Source of the DNA: Camelus dromedarius
Lineage: Eukaryota
DNA: 64,000 nucleotides
NCBI RefSeq assembly: GCF_036321535.1
Contig: NC_087436.1
Location: 24,802,001 to 24,866,000 of the forward strand
Reading direction: 5' to 3'
Shown here piece after piece: positions 22,551 to 35,555 of the stretch (position 1 is its first letter; each line of letters opens with the position of its first letter). The position numbers were made by a program, and so were the translations under genes. The notes beneath the pieces were generated by a model. The model was given only the letters and a program-made list of their open reading frames with translations. It had not been told where the DNA came from and ran no database searches.

Positions 22551-25500
22551 TGCACATCCCCGCTCTGTGTGGCTGTGCTGAAATTGAGGACAGTCTTCAG
22601 GGTCTCCCCCAGGGTCACTGCTCCGGAGAGGGGGTGGGGGTGGAGGAACAGAGTGTGTGTATTTGGATCAGTCTTTCCCCAGGGTTCCTCATACATAATT
22701 AACGCAGAAAGTTTCCCTGACCCTTCACAATACGGGGCGGGAAGTCAAACTGCGAGACTTTTTGGACAAATGAAGGACTTGGACCTTTTCTGAATGTGCA
22801 GTACCTTGTGTTCCTGCGTATGTTTCTTGACCAGAGGAAAGAGGTCTGTGTGACGGTGCACTCTCCAAGCTAGCGTTATGTTCTTTACAAAAGCAGCTGC
22901 GCAGCCTTTCTGTCCCAGAAATGGCTAATGTGCTTTGAAGGTGAGGCAGTCAGGTAGGAGATACATTTTCCTGTGTAGTTCTTGCTGACAAATCTCGATT
23001 AAGCCAGGAAAAAGGAAAAGGCCAAACATTTCAGTGTAGCATTAGATTGTCGTGTTGGGGCAGCCTTGACATTTCCTCTCAGCCAAACTGCAGGGAAGAA
23101 GGAAATCAGAAGCTCAGAGGAGCCAGAGGCAGGATGGTGAGGAAGGTCCCCATTGCCTCCTGTACTTCTGTCTGCCCTTGTAGCAATCCTATCAGGACTA
23201 CCCAGCCCCACTTCTCCCTTCTTGCTCCCTTATTAAAATAGTCATCTCCTCCTGTATCCCATTCCTTCTGTTCTCTCTTCCAATCTATTGTCAAAAAAAG
23301 TTGTGATTAACACTTAGGTCTAGGCCATTCCAAAAAAAAAAAAAAAAAAAGGAGTAAGGACTTCAATTCTGAGTTCAAAGACCTTATAGCATATTTGAGA
23401 TTTAGCTGGAGAAAGAGGAAAAAGTCAACAGCTACAAGAAATGTATGATTATAAGTGTAAGGAATGAGCAAAGAGGGAGGCTCACTCCAAGCTGCAGTGG
23501 AAAAATGTCCAGGTAGAATTGGGGCATCTGAGTGCAACACTGGAGGGTACACTGGATTATAAGTGGAGAGGAAAGAGCAGGCGATTGTGGGGGAGATGGA
23601 GAGCAGCAACAGAGCCCTAACCAGGGCTTGACAGTAGGAAAGAGCTAATGTTTTGTGAAAGTGTAGCCCTAACCCAGAGTATTTGCTTACAAGGAAGAAT
23701 TGGAAATGGAATAATCAAATTTTATGGTGTGAATTTCAGGATCCAGAACAGGTGGGTGAGGACTATTTGGATGGAAAGCCTGTCCTCATTTCAATTGTAG
23801 ATTTCCCACCAATGCCTGCAGTGAGTCCTGCAGAGAAACCTTACTGGTCAGTCACTTCCCAGGGCCCCTTGTGAACAGTCTTGTGAGTGTAAGCCTTCCT
23901 TCCTCTCATTGCTTTAGAAACAGGTGATTGTTAAACTCCACAGGGCTTCCTTAATGCCAGTTGTGAGATGTATCTCCCGTTATTTCTGTGGAGGAAGCTG
24001 TTTAATCTCTGGATTTGACCTCAGAGTCCATGAAGAAGGAAGTGATTTAAGGTTTAAGAGTATCGACGGCAGCGTTCAGGCATCAGACCATCTTTCTGGG
24101 TTGACTTACTGCAGCTTGCTCAGAGGAGAGAACGTGTGGGCTGGCAAGGACCCTGGACACCGTCTAACTCACAGTTTCTCAAAGTGGTCACGCAGTCTTG
24201 GGGATTTGTTAATTATCCCCTAAAATCTGAAAAATTTCGAGTTTTCACTTAGATAGTAACCTAAAAAAACGGTCTGTGTTCTGAATGGCCGTCTTATTAC
24301 CAAATCCTGCTCTTTCAGTGCCTGATGGTATATTGATGGCTAAATAGGAAATATTATTGACGTTGGCTGGTGAATACAGAAGAGAGGTAGCTTTCATGTG
24401 AAAAAGATGCACTTGTATCACTTGAAGGCCAGATAGTGTTATAAAGCCATATGTGAACAAAGTTTTAAAGAAGTTTCAATATAAATGCCTCTCCCTCTTC
24501 TAATATCTTCAAGTAAACTTTGGAGATTCCTGTTTGGTGTTGCCCATACCCTGCCTTCCATTTATGTAGATTGGGCTCATGAGCTGGGCCAAGTGAAAGA
24601 AGATTCCAAAATGGCGGATTTGCACTGACCAGGGCTCAGATTGGTCCAGTCGGGAAGAAAAGAGGACAGGGTGGGAGGAGCAGGCGGAAACCAAATGAGG
24701 CTTTGGGATCTCTGGGAGTGGTTAGGTAGGAAAGTGTAGATGAGGAAGAGAGAAGGAGAGGCGTTAAGCCAGTTTTGGCATGAAACATCTAGAAAGTAAG
24801 AGGAATAAAGGAAATGAAATTTTAAAAAGAGCTGCTACAGTTATAAATAGATTCTTCTTGTGTATTCTGGGACCTCAGGAATGAAAACTCTCAGCTAGGA
24901 GCTCAACTCCACCAGGAATTCAGTAGTGGTTGTGCTGGCTAACATCTTTTCCTCATATGAAATTTTCATGAAGGCTGAGTGTTTACAGCTTCTAAGTGGC
25001 TTTGGGTAGTTTTCTAACCTGGCAGAGGAATGAAGGATGGGCTGAGGAAGGATGAGGTGGAGATAGCCAGCCGGGAGCAGGCTGTGGACCAGCAAAGCAG
25101 GTGGCAGGGCACAACTCACTAACATTTACCCAAGAAAAAGATGGAGATGTAACTCAAATAGAAAGAAAAGTTTGATTGGCTTGAGGGGATTTTGAACTTA
25201 GGTGGGGGCTCATTAAGTAGATGACCTTAGATGGAAAAAAAAAATCTACCATTTCATGTTCATTTTGAAGCTTAGTTCTTCATAGAATGGCATTTTTCAT
25301 TTTTAGGGGCTTTAAAGAGCAGAATGTTCAAAACCACTAAAATTGCTCCAGGAGGCTGTAGAGCTTTCAGAGAATAGCTTTCTCCAAAGAGAGGAAATAA
25401 AAGGAAGCCCTTCTTTTTCTAGATTTAAAAAATTTGAGCCACTATGCTTTGTACTTTGGGAAACTCTGTCACTGGCCATTGTTATATAATTGTTTAGTAA

Positions 25501-26439
25501 TCCAAGCACATTGATGTGGTTAGTTTGATTCCACAAGCTATCTTGGTCAGAGTGATAAAATGCTTGGCATTGATGCCTCTACCACTTCTGTTTACCATGG
25601 AGAGGAAAATGCTTTGGAATCAGGCAAGAACTCAGTAATAACACAATGACATCCTTCTTGGACAGCAAAATGGAAGTTCATCAAATTTCTCAGCCAGTTC
25701 TGAAGTGACTTTAAAGTTGACTTTTTTTTTTTCTTTTTACCTATGGTTGACAGTTCCAGTGAGTCCTTTTTTTTTTTTATTAAGAACAACCATGGGATTT
25801 TATTAAGCTACAGAGGAAACTAGCTTTTGCTAGACACAGTAATGTGTATATGCCTAATTTTTCTTTTCTTTCTTTCTTAAACGGCTTCTGTTTTTTTCCC
25901 CCTGTTTTTGAAATACTAACATACATATTTGTTAATGCAATGCATAAATTAGAAGCTGGTGCTGCTCTAAATGTGTGGCTTTTCTGACTACCTAGATTCC
26001 AAACACTGAAAGCAACAAAGAAACTGTTCCAGATACCTCTTTGTCATTGCCTGAAAGTGTACATTTTCAAGAGATTGGCCAAAGGTGAAGTCTTGTCTAA
26101 AGATGTTGCAGACTACTTTATCTACTTTTTCTAACAGTCTCGCATGCCATGATGTCATTTGTTCTTTATTTTCTCCAAGCACATCACTTATGCATTGTCC
26201 ACCTCCCGTTTTTGTACTTTTCTCATTATGTCATGACAACTGAAGTAATGGTTTTTGGCATCAGTTACTCTGTACATATAGATTTAAACATAGTCAACAA
26301 AATCACACAGCATTTCTGGCTAAAGAACTATAAGATGGTCATCTAGCTCAATATTTAAATTATATCAATGAGTTATCAATGTGAAAACCACAAATTAAAA
26401 ATTTTCAAGAAAATTTGCAAACCACTGAGAATGTATCTG

Positions 26440-26902
26440 TAAAACCCGGTGCTGGTCACCTACCCAATATCCAGTCTACCCTTCCCTGAGGATCTTATTT
26501 TTTTAAAAAAATTCTCCCTCCCATATTACTTTACATTAAGGAGTATCTTTTGACATACATTTGACTAATGAGATACAAGCAGAAAGCTGTTAGAGATTTC
26601 AGAGAAAATTTCACAGTTCTTTCATCCTTTACTCCTCTTCTACTTGGGTGGAATTTGGATGTGATGCCTGGAGGTGTGGTAGCCATTTTGCAACTGTGAG
26701 GCAACAAGTATGAGAACAAAGCCCCACATGCCAGGATGGTAGAGTGGAAAGATGGATGAGTTTAGTTGCTGATGACATCATCGAACCACTCTATTATTCC
26801 TAGATTATCTACTCCTGGACTCTAGTTGTGGAGACTTCTATCTGTGTAAGGTAAAATAGCAGGGTTTTCTGTATTTGCAAAGGAGTACAATCCTAAGTGA
26901 AA
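26440..26902 (+). mobile_element. MaLR LTR (MLT1J/K-like)
   Basis: GACTAATGAGATACAAGCAG...GGATGTGATGCCTGGAGGTGTGGTAGCCATTTTGCAACTGTGAGG...GATGACATCATCGAACC...GGGTTTTCTGTATTTGCA. Confidence 0.8.
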
Positions 26903-28435
26903 TTCCCAGATACTTTGCATCTGTTTGTAGTTATTATTTCTTTAGTAAAACAAGAAAATAACTGATGAGCAGCTTCTATATTTGGCCTTTCCATAAGGTT
27001 ATATATGCTTATTAGCTACTCTCAGTACCATTTCTCTGAGTTAGCTGATCCAGGTATTCCTTTGATTACCTGCTCTTCAGTTTAGTGGCATCTGAAGTGT
27101 TTGAATTACACAGAGCAAGAGTCAGGGTTCAGTTTAGGGGTCTCTAAAGCTAAGCATAATGGATGGTTGTAGTTTCAACATGCTAACAGTCTAATTAGAC
27201 ACCTGAAGTCATTGTTACTTCATGAAAAGAAGCATTTTTGTGGCTGATTTTCTGTAGTCAGCAAAATTATTTTATAGTATATCCATATGTCATGCTCCAT
27301 TTAATTGTCATATCATAGTTTTTCTCCTTCAGTATAGTCGTTATTTATGCATTTAATATTTTATTAATATGTCCTCAAAATAACCTGAATGGGCATAAAT
27401 ACTGATAGCAGTTAAATGAAATTTAATCCTAGTGGATTTAAGACTGTTGTTGTTCCATTTCAAATGAACCATTATTGTGTTCCTTTGGTTCTATTTATTA
27501 TTAGAAGTCGTTAGCATCCTTGTACCTGTTACATAATAATCGTCTTCTTTTCTGTGTTTTGAATTTTTTAAAAATTTGAGACATCCTTTTCGGAAGTGCA
27601 TAGTGCATGCCTTGAAACTACAATGAACACACTTCATTTTAATATGGAATTGTTGTTATTGATTTAAAAAATCCACAAAACTTAGAAGTCAAATACGCTG
27701 GTAGTCCTTTCTTCTCTTTAAAAGGGGGATATATTACTGATTGTTGGGGTGTAAGGAAGGTTCTAGCAGAATGCTCATTTTGTAATCAATACATTGATAA
27801 AGAGAACTCAGGACTGAGGCAGGAACTTGAGAAAGTGGGTTTGCTGTCCATCAGAAAGTGAGGGTCATTGTTTTTCTGTTGCTGTGTAGGAAGAAGAGAA
27901 GGAAAGAATGAAGACTGAGCAAATTAGTGCGCGTCTGGAGCCTCACTTGTGGGAACACCCGAGAACTTTTTTCTATAACAAAGCTTTATTGAGATACAAT
28001 TCATACACCATAAAATTCACTCTTTTAAAGCATACAATTCAGTGTTTTTTAGCATACTTACAGCATTATGCAACGATCACCACTGTGTAATTTTAGAACA
28101 TTTTCATGACCCCCAAAGGAAATCCTGGACCCATTACCAGTTGCCCCCACTCCCCCTTCCTCCTGCCCCTGGCAACCACTCATTTAGTTTTTGTTTCTAT
28201 GGATTTGCCTTTTCTGCCCATCTCATATAAATGGAATCATACTATATGTGGTCCTTTGTGACTGGCTTCTTTCACTTAGCATAATATTTCAAGGTTCACC
28301 CCTGTTTTAGCACATATCAACACTTCATTTTTTTTTGTTGTGGAATAATAGTCCATTGTATGAATAAACCACATTTTGTTCATCCAGTCATCAGTTGATG
28401 ATCCCTTGGGTTGTTTCTGCTTTCTGGCTATTATG

Positions 28436-28565
28436 TTTCAATATCTTTTGGGGGGACGAGGTAACTAGGTTTATTTATTTATTTATTTTAATGGATGTAC
28501 TGGGGATTGAACCCAGGACCTTGTGCATGCTAAGCATGTGCTCTGCCACTGAACTATGTTTCCCC
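28436..28565 (-). mobile_element. Camelid vic-1-type SINE nested in L1MB, 16-bp TSD
   Basis: GTAACTAGGTTTATTTATTT...GGGGATTGAACCCAGGACCTTGTGCATGCTAAGCATGTG. Perfect TSD CTTTCTGGCTATTATG at 28420-28435 and 28566-28581. Confidence 0.93.
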
Positions 28566-28645
28566 CTTTCTGGCTATTATGAATAATTCTCCTATTAACA
28601 TTCATGTACAAGTTTTTGTATGAACATTCATGTACAAGTTTTGAC

Positions 28646-29115
28646 TGACAAAGACTCTCTCCTTGACCAAGCTTTGAACGGCTCCTCTGTTTCTTTTCCT
28701 TGATTAGGATTTGACCTTGGTCCTGTCCTTGCCAGGCCAGCAGAGCCCAGTTTTAGCAAGTATCTTGCCAAGTCAGTTGAGCAGGAATCCTTCAACCTTT
28801 GATTACTGATCATTCTGGTATCTAGTCAAATTCTTCAACTTCACTTTTGTTGTGTGAGTGCTTGAACTGCCTTCAGCAAGAATCCCATGAAGTTAGTTTA
28901 GCAAAATTCCCTCTACCCTTCATGTCTTCTCTTAATTTTCCACACACTGACTCCCTCACTTTTATTGTTGACCATAAATCCCCAGCTGTCTTTGCTGTAT
29001 TTGGAGTCAAACCCCATCTCTCTCCCCTATGTGATAGTCTGGACACATGTTGCAATAGTCCAGAATGGTCTTCCTTACCATTTTAACAAGTGTCAGAATC
29101 CTTTTTTCTTTAATA
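28646..29115 (+). mobile_element. ERV1 solo LTR, MER31-like, nested in L1MB
   Basis: Starts TGACAAAGACTCTCTCCTTGACCAAGCTTT (MER31-type 5' end). Internal CCCAGTTTTAGCAAG and CAGCAAGAATCC...GTTTAGC repeats. Ends TTTCTTTAATA. Confidence 0.82.
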
Positions 29116-32075
29116 GGATATATGTTTTCATTTCTCTTGGGAATGTAGAATTGCAGGGTGATACAGTAACTCTATATTTAGCATTTTGAGGAGCTGCCAA
29201 ACCATTTTCCAAAGTGGCTGAAACATTTTATATTCCCACCAGCAGTGTATGAAAGTTCCAACTTCTCCACATCCTGATCAACTCTTGTTACTGTCTGCTG
29301 AGAAATGTTTAAGAACAAAAAAGCCAAATATTAATTTTCAAGTCTTATTGTTGTTCTGTGATATGAGGGCCACTGATCTCTCCAACACTCAGTAAAGTTT
29401 TCTATATTATCAACGGTGTGTGCAGTGGGCTTAGGGAAAGGGGTGGGTGCCAGACCTCATGTCTATAGAGACTTGGTCCTGGTAGAGGAAAACGGAGGCC
29501 ACAAAGGAGACTTGTGTGAAGCTCATGGCACTCTGAGAACAGAATCCCAGAGCAAGAGTGCTCAGAAACCAATGGAGAATTGGGACAGGCTATTTAGGTT
29601 GGTATTTGAGTGATGCCTTTAAGACATGAGTAATATACTTGAAAGAGTCACTGGTGTGCCCTAGTAATTGTTGATATCTTCCCCTTGACTTTTACAACCA
29701 ACATGAAGAAAACCACATTTGCAATTATCCTCAAAACAAAGACCCTCTTCCTAGCAAAGATAAATGACACACACATATTTTAAAGAAAATGATTTTAAAT
29801 TAATTGTGTTTTGATAAATGTTTGCATACATTGTTAGATGGTTGGCATAATTAAATTTAATCTGAGATGTAGCCAAACTAAGATTAAGAACAATTGTTTT
29901 GCACAACATTCAGGGCCCATCTGCCCTTAATGCTGTTCACCTCATACTGTCTGATTGACTGTTCTGTTCTCAAAGGACTGGGAAGGAGATGAGAGAGAAG
30001 AAAAAAGCCCCTAGGAATAAGAGTTAGTGTTTTCTCTTCCAAACACCTTAATGCTCTATCAGACGTGCTATGCATGTGCATATATGTGCAGACTCTGAAA
30101 CATGTTCTCCAAGCACTGTGAGTACAAGATTATGAACACCCCTCATAACCCCTACTATGTTCTCTGCCACGCTGGGGTTGAACAAAATGAATACGGTTGA
30201 TCGATTCTCCCAGCTTCTCACTTGGTTGTTAAAAGCCTCGATAACTAAACAGCTTTCTTTCTGTAATATCTATTTTTTCATAAGTCAGACATGGAACATT
30301 TATTTTCTTTTGAAATAGGCTCTTTTGCAGACAAAACGCTGTAGATCAATTACTTCATTTAAAAAGATTTGTCTCTCCAGAAGTTGAACAAAAACAACAG
30401 AAGAACCTATAATCTTATTGATTAAAATTTTTAACTGCAGTAAATTTTTTATAGCACTGAAACTCAATGCCTTTGAAGTAGGAAGTAGATGGTTTTCCAT
30501 AAAGACCCAAAGCTCTTAATTAATATTCATAACAATTAATATGTATAATTTTGGTCACCGGAGGATGACTCCAGTTTTCCATTGATGCAATAGAAATATA
30601 TTGAGGACAATGAAAAAGTAATTAATAACTGAATATGAGGGTCATAACACTAAATTATTCCCTAGTTCATCGTAAGCTCTGCATGCATACAGAATTATTT
30701 TCTGAAAGTAAGACAATACTGAATGTCGTGTTTCTCCTCTAAATTACGCATTTCATGTTTTTCTTGGATGCAGATGACTTTGGGTGTAATATGGATAATT
30801 AAATGCTAACACATCAAGCTTGAGCATTGAGAGGAATTTAGGAATTATGATAAGGGATATCTTAATAGATAAAAGAAAAACTCAGCTCTATTTAAATTTC
30901 CTACTTCTGAAATGTGGAAATTATTTAAAGTCAGAAATTTGGAGCAGTTTAGTGTTTGAAATAGTCACGTGCAAATCTCTGTTCTGATCCTCTTTCTGTC
31001 ACTGACTTAAGTGGCAAAGATCGATAAGCTGTTTATGTGTTGATAGGCCAGCAAATAAATACTCTTTCCATTCAGTTTCGTTCAGTTCAGTATAGCTACA
31101 GAGAACCTCGTATTGTTACGGTTTCTGGTGGTACTGAAAGACTCAGTCCTTTCCCTCTGGAAGCTTCAGAAGAAAACTGTGTATGTGATTGTGGAAAGCT
31201 ACAGTTTACAGTGCCAAAAGCATCGACATCTTTTCTTCCTCTATTGTTTGTTATTTTAATATGCTTTTCAGAATAGTTTTCTGGGTAACAGCAAAGCTGA
31301 TAGATAAACTATAATGTGACATGTGACAGTGCCCATTTGGGAATGTATCTTTTTTAGATGCAGTTCTAACTTCTGTCTCTACCATTTGCTAATTATATAA
31401 TTCAAAAAAAGGTAAGAGGCATGCTTTTTCCAGGCAGTAGATGCCACACCAGAGGCTGGCTGGACAGAGATGTCATTACACAGGTTCCAATGTGCCAAAC
31501 TGTAGCTTTTGAAGTATAATATCTAAGAGCACTTAGTGTGGGAACTTGTGTTTTGCAGTGTAGTTTTTTAATGACCATAATCTTTCTCTCCAAGACACGA
31601 CCGTCCATGATTTACTGAACTCCATGTCCACTGCCTAGGTAGATGCAGGCTTTGAGTGGGAAAGGGGAGAGGAGATATGGTGTTGAAAGAAGCCTCTGTG
31701 TTTTAATCCTGAGAACTCTATGTGCTTGTTGGGGGAGAGGATGGGCAGTGGGGATGGTGGTGATGAAGTAGAAGGGGCAGAAAGCACCCAAAGACCAGCA
31801 CTTCTCACCTCCATCCCCATCAACTGTAGGCTCTACTGGAGGGTCATTTTAGTTATCCAACTTCTCTCAAATGCAATTTATTCCAGGAGAGCTAAAGCCG
31901 GTTATTCCGCTAATCTCATCACTTAGAAAGGAGAATAAGAGACACTTAGAGCTGGAGTTTGGGAAATGGAAGTCAGGTAAATGAGATGATCCAGGTGTGG
32001 GAAGTGGATTGGGAGCTTTGGACGTGGCAGGAAGGAAGGGGTGTTTGATTGAGTGCCTCTGGGTCAGAGAGTAGG

Positions 32076-32463
32076 TGCTCTAGTCTAAACTGTATCCTCT
32101 CAAATTCATATATTGAAGTCTTAACCCCCTGTAAGTAACTCATAATGTGGCTATATTTGGAGATAGGGGTTTTGAAGAGGTAATTAAGATAAAATGAGGT
32201 CATATGTGGGTCCTAATCTAACATACCTGGTGTCCTTGTAAGAAGAGGAAGTTAGGACACACACACACAGAGGGAAGACCATATGAAGACAGAGGGAGGA
32301 AACTCCCATCTGCAAACCAGAGAGGGAAGCCTCAGGAGAAAGAACCCTGGCGACACCTTGATCTTGGACTTCTAGCCCCCATAACTGTGAGAAAATAAAT
32401 TTGTATTGTTTAAGCCACCCTGTTGGGGGTATTTTCCTATGGCAGCCCTAGGAAACTGACCCA
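32076..32463 (+). mobile_element. MaLR solo LTR (MLT1B-like), full length, 5-bp TSD
   Basis: TG...CA termini and perfect GTAGG duplication (32071-32075, 32464-32468). CAAATTCATATATTGAAGTCTTAACCCC...ACACCTTGATCTTGGACTTCTAG...AATAAATTTG...TATGGCAGCCCTAG. Confidence 0.92.
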
Positions 32464-32769
32464 GTAGGACCTAGGGAGACAAGTTCATAGTGAAGTAGGC
32501 AGGTGACAGAGCTGGCCATCGTTGAGGTTTGTCCAAGGCCCTTGCAGCAGGTGATGTCAGGTAGATGGCTGAGGTCTGAACACTGACTAATGTGGGAGGC
32601 TGCAGAAACTCTCTGACTCCTCAGGCCAGGCTACTCTGGCTGGATGCTCTCCAGAAGAGCCTTGATTCCCCCTCCTCTACCTGCTCCCCAGTTCCTAGAA
32701 GGAAGTAGGGAGAGTTCATGATGCAACAGAGGAAGGGGGAAGGGGATATTTCCTACAGTCTTCCCGGGG

Positions 32770-33060
32770 GCAGGCAATAAAGGGACATCTTGCCTGCAGA
32801 GAATTTAAAGCCAAAAATAAAACTGACTATGAATCGATATACTTCTTATTGTCACCATGCTCCGGCAGTTTTAAACAATGCCAGCGGTAAAATCCTACCG
32901 CCCGCATCACTTTCCCCGCCCCCGACCAAATCAGATATTTCTGTTGGCCTAAGTGTTAAACAATTGCTGTGATTACAGTTGAGTTTTATGAATTTATATC
33001 TAAGCTTCCAATTGAACATATTTTTATGAGCTCTCCTTTAATAAAAATTGCATTCAGCAT
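32770..33060. promoter_or_regulatory. Candidate developmental enhancer
   Basis: Unique sequence with retained CpGs, a GC box, two TTTTATGA, TAATAAAA, GCAATAAA, two AACAAT and AATCGAT. Motif evidence only. Confidence 0.35.
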
Positions 33061-33699
33061 GGAAGTTAATTTGGAGACGTCCCAGGTATACAATAGGCCC
33101 TGGCTCAGGCGGAGTCAGCTACAGGCATTGGTTTGGAGAGTAGGTTCCCTGGGATTCAGAATCGTTTGCACTCGCTGGGAGTGCAGTTTCTGTCTCCAAG
33201 TCCGGTGGTGCTTCCTGTGCCTGCTTTTAAACTGTAGGTTAGAAATTAACCATGACACCATGTGACTGTAAAGATGGAAGAGGGGAACTTGAGTTACTTC
33301 AATTCTGTCATGCTTTGTGACCTCTTGGAGTTTTTATGTTTCATATTTCAAAGGGAAAACTGACTATGGACTGCAAGGTGGAGTATTTTTGTTTGTTAAG
33401 GGTATCTTCTAGTTCATCCATGAAATATTTTACTGATTTTGAATCCTATCATGAAAATTAAAATATCTGCTCCAAGTGATCAACACACCGGATTCACTGC
33501 TGGGTTGTATTCTTTTCTGTTATCTCTAAGAGGAAAAGAGCATTGGTATAATTCCTGCGTTTGAGGTGATATTTAGACCTCACGCCCTGGGAGCTTAGAT
33601 GATAGCCAGCTAGCGTCATGTAAATCAGTTTCTCACATTAGCACGATATAGACATTCTTGCATAAGGTATGCCAAGGCCCAAATTAATGTGGGATTGAT

Positions 33700-34260
33700 T
33701 CACTCCTTACTGGTTCATTCAAAAAACTCTCCTTGAGGGCTAACTGTGTGTCTGACACTTTGCTTGATATTGAAGGTACAGAGATGATTAAACCTGATGC
33801 CTGCTTTTGAGAACTTCTAGTCTTGGGGAGGAGATAGATGTTGAAGCAAATAAAACACAGAGTGTAAACATAGGGAAATAAGAATAATAAGCAAGTAATT
33901 TACCCTGCTGGGTTGAGACCGGATGATGATTTTTAGCTGTTTTTGTTTTGTTTTTGTTCTGTTTTTTAAAAGGAGTGCATCTTTGCCAGGAAAGACAGAA
34001 CAGAGCCTTGCAGGGAGGAGGAAGAGCTTATATGAGATACAGAGGCATGGAAGTGAATGGAGAGTTTAGGGGAGGGCAAGCAGTTCTCTGTTCTGTGTGC
34101 CCAGTGGCTCAGGAGACCAGGCTGAATGGGTGGGGTCATCAAAAGATTTGTAGAAGAAGGGCAACTCGATCAGACCCACATTTTGGAAATAGTGCTTGGG
34201 TAGCAATGAATTAGAAGGAGGAGAGGCCAGAGGAAGAGAGAAAAGTTAGTGGGCAAGTTC
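33700..34260 (-). mobile_element. L2 LINE fragment
   Basis: Antisense L2 end (TTCATTCAAAAAAC...TTGAGGGCTAACTGTGTGTCTGACACTTTGCT...) followed by a purine-rich body. Confidence 0.6.
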
Positions 34261-35334
34261 TCTGTCTGTAAACAAGGCAGGTCAGGCAGCTGGTACCTGA
34301 GGAGGTACCGGCAGATGAGCCCCAGAACACCCTCGGCCCCATCTCCAAAACACTCTTTCCACAAGTGATAAACTCTCAAGCAAGTGCTGTCAAGCACGTG
34401 TGATTCTGCCTGGACTGGGCTGACTCAGCCAAAAATATTCTAAGTTGCATGTGCCATTTTGTGTCAATTTTATTATATTCCCCATCTGTTAGATTTAATC
34501 TTGTTTTGCTAATAAAATCCAAAGTGGGGAACATATCAACTTCTCTTATTAATCCAGACTCTAGTTTCTTTGAAAGGTACATCTTTAAAAAATTATTTTA
34601 AAATTTCAAAATAATACATATAAGTGATTTATTAGTATTTCAAGAGTTTTGCTGTCAATAGAGGAGCTCCTATTTTCATGCTTTTAGCAGTTCCTCTGGT
34701 ATTTACCACCGTTTTTAAACCACTGATGAGTGCACAGGCAGGGCATGTTTCCTGCTTGTTTTCATGGGATATGTCAGGTGGTCAGCAATTTTTGGAGTGG
34801 AGCCAAAGGGGGCACCTCACTGTTCAGTACTTTGACCTATACTTAACTGTTTCGACTTCTGTGCAGCGTTTTTCTTTCTCTGTATTGTGTCTGTTAGCAT
34901 GAAACAGGAGTTTCTCCATACATAGAACAAGTGACTGCGGGAGGTATAAGTAATCCTGCTCCTTAGACTTTCAACCAAAACCCCCTGGTCGAGCCTCCTC
35001 CTCACTCTTGCCTCCTGAGATGACTGATGCTTTAGTTCTCCAGCCTTTCTTAGTTTGGGGGTAGGAATTGATTGTGTCTCTAGGCACTTGGTACTCAGCT
35101 TCCCCCTCACTCTGGTTCTTTGATTAGCTTTGCATCTTCCAAATATTTGTTGTTATTTCTTATCTCCTGCTGTTTCTCTGTCTTTGTGCCTTATGGATTT
35201 GTATCTGTTAAATGGTTATTATTCCTGATTTGGTGTGATTTTAGAGAGTAAAGGGAGATATATGTGTTATTTCATCCTGGTGAACTAGAAATCACTAAAG
35301 AACAAATGAAGTAACTATAACAACCACCGTGCCA

Positions 35335-35555
35335 ATCCAGTATGGTTTTAAACTAATGGATGCACTTTCACAAAATTCATTTCATTTAACACTTAGAAAT
35401 CCCTGTGAGGTGGTAGGAAGGGGTTAGTATGCCTATTTCATGGACTCCTGCAAATGGGTAAAGTAACTGGTCCAACTTCTTAGGCTGAGTTGGTAGAAGA
35501 ATTAGGACTTGAATCTGGTTTTCTGACTCCCAGCCAAGCCTCCTTGCATTAGCCT
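35335..35555 (-). mobile_element. MIR SINE
   Basis: GCACTTTCACA...ATTTCATTTAA...CCCTGTGAGGT...AAGTAACTGGTCCAA...GGACTTGAATCTGGTTTTCTGACTCC. Confidence 0.7.

Larger units (their letters stand above)
27966..29298 (-). mobile_element. L1MB-like 3' end interrupted by a SINE and an LTR
   Basis: GCTTTATTGAGATACAATTCATACACCATAAAATTCAC...CCCTGGCAACCACT...ATAAATGGAATCATA... It resumes after 29116 with TTTTCATTTCTCTTGGG...TTTTCCAAAGTGGCTG...TTCCCACCAGCAGTGTATG. Confidence 0.88.

Noticed and set aside
22163..22702. 179-aa ORF
   Set aside because: Openness is explained by a stop-poor pyrimidine low-complexity tract. No recognisable domain or exon structure.
25996..26085. Segment open in several frames after a plus-strand acceptor-like site
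   Set aside because: Weak donor and unrecognised peptides; compatible with chance.
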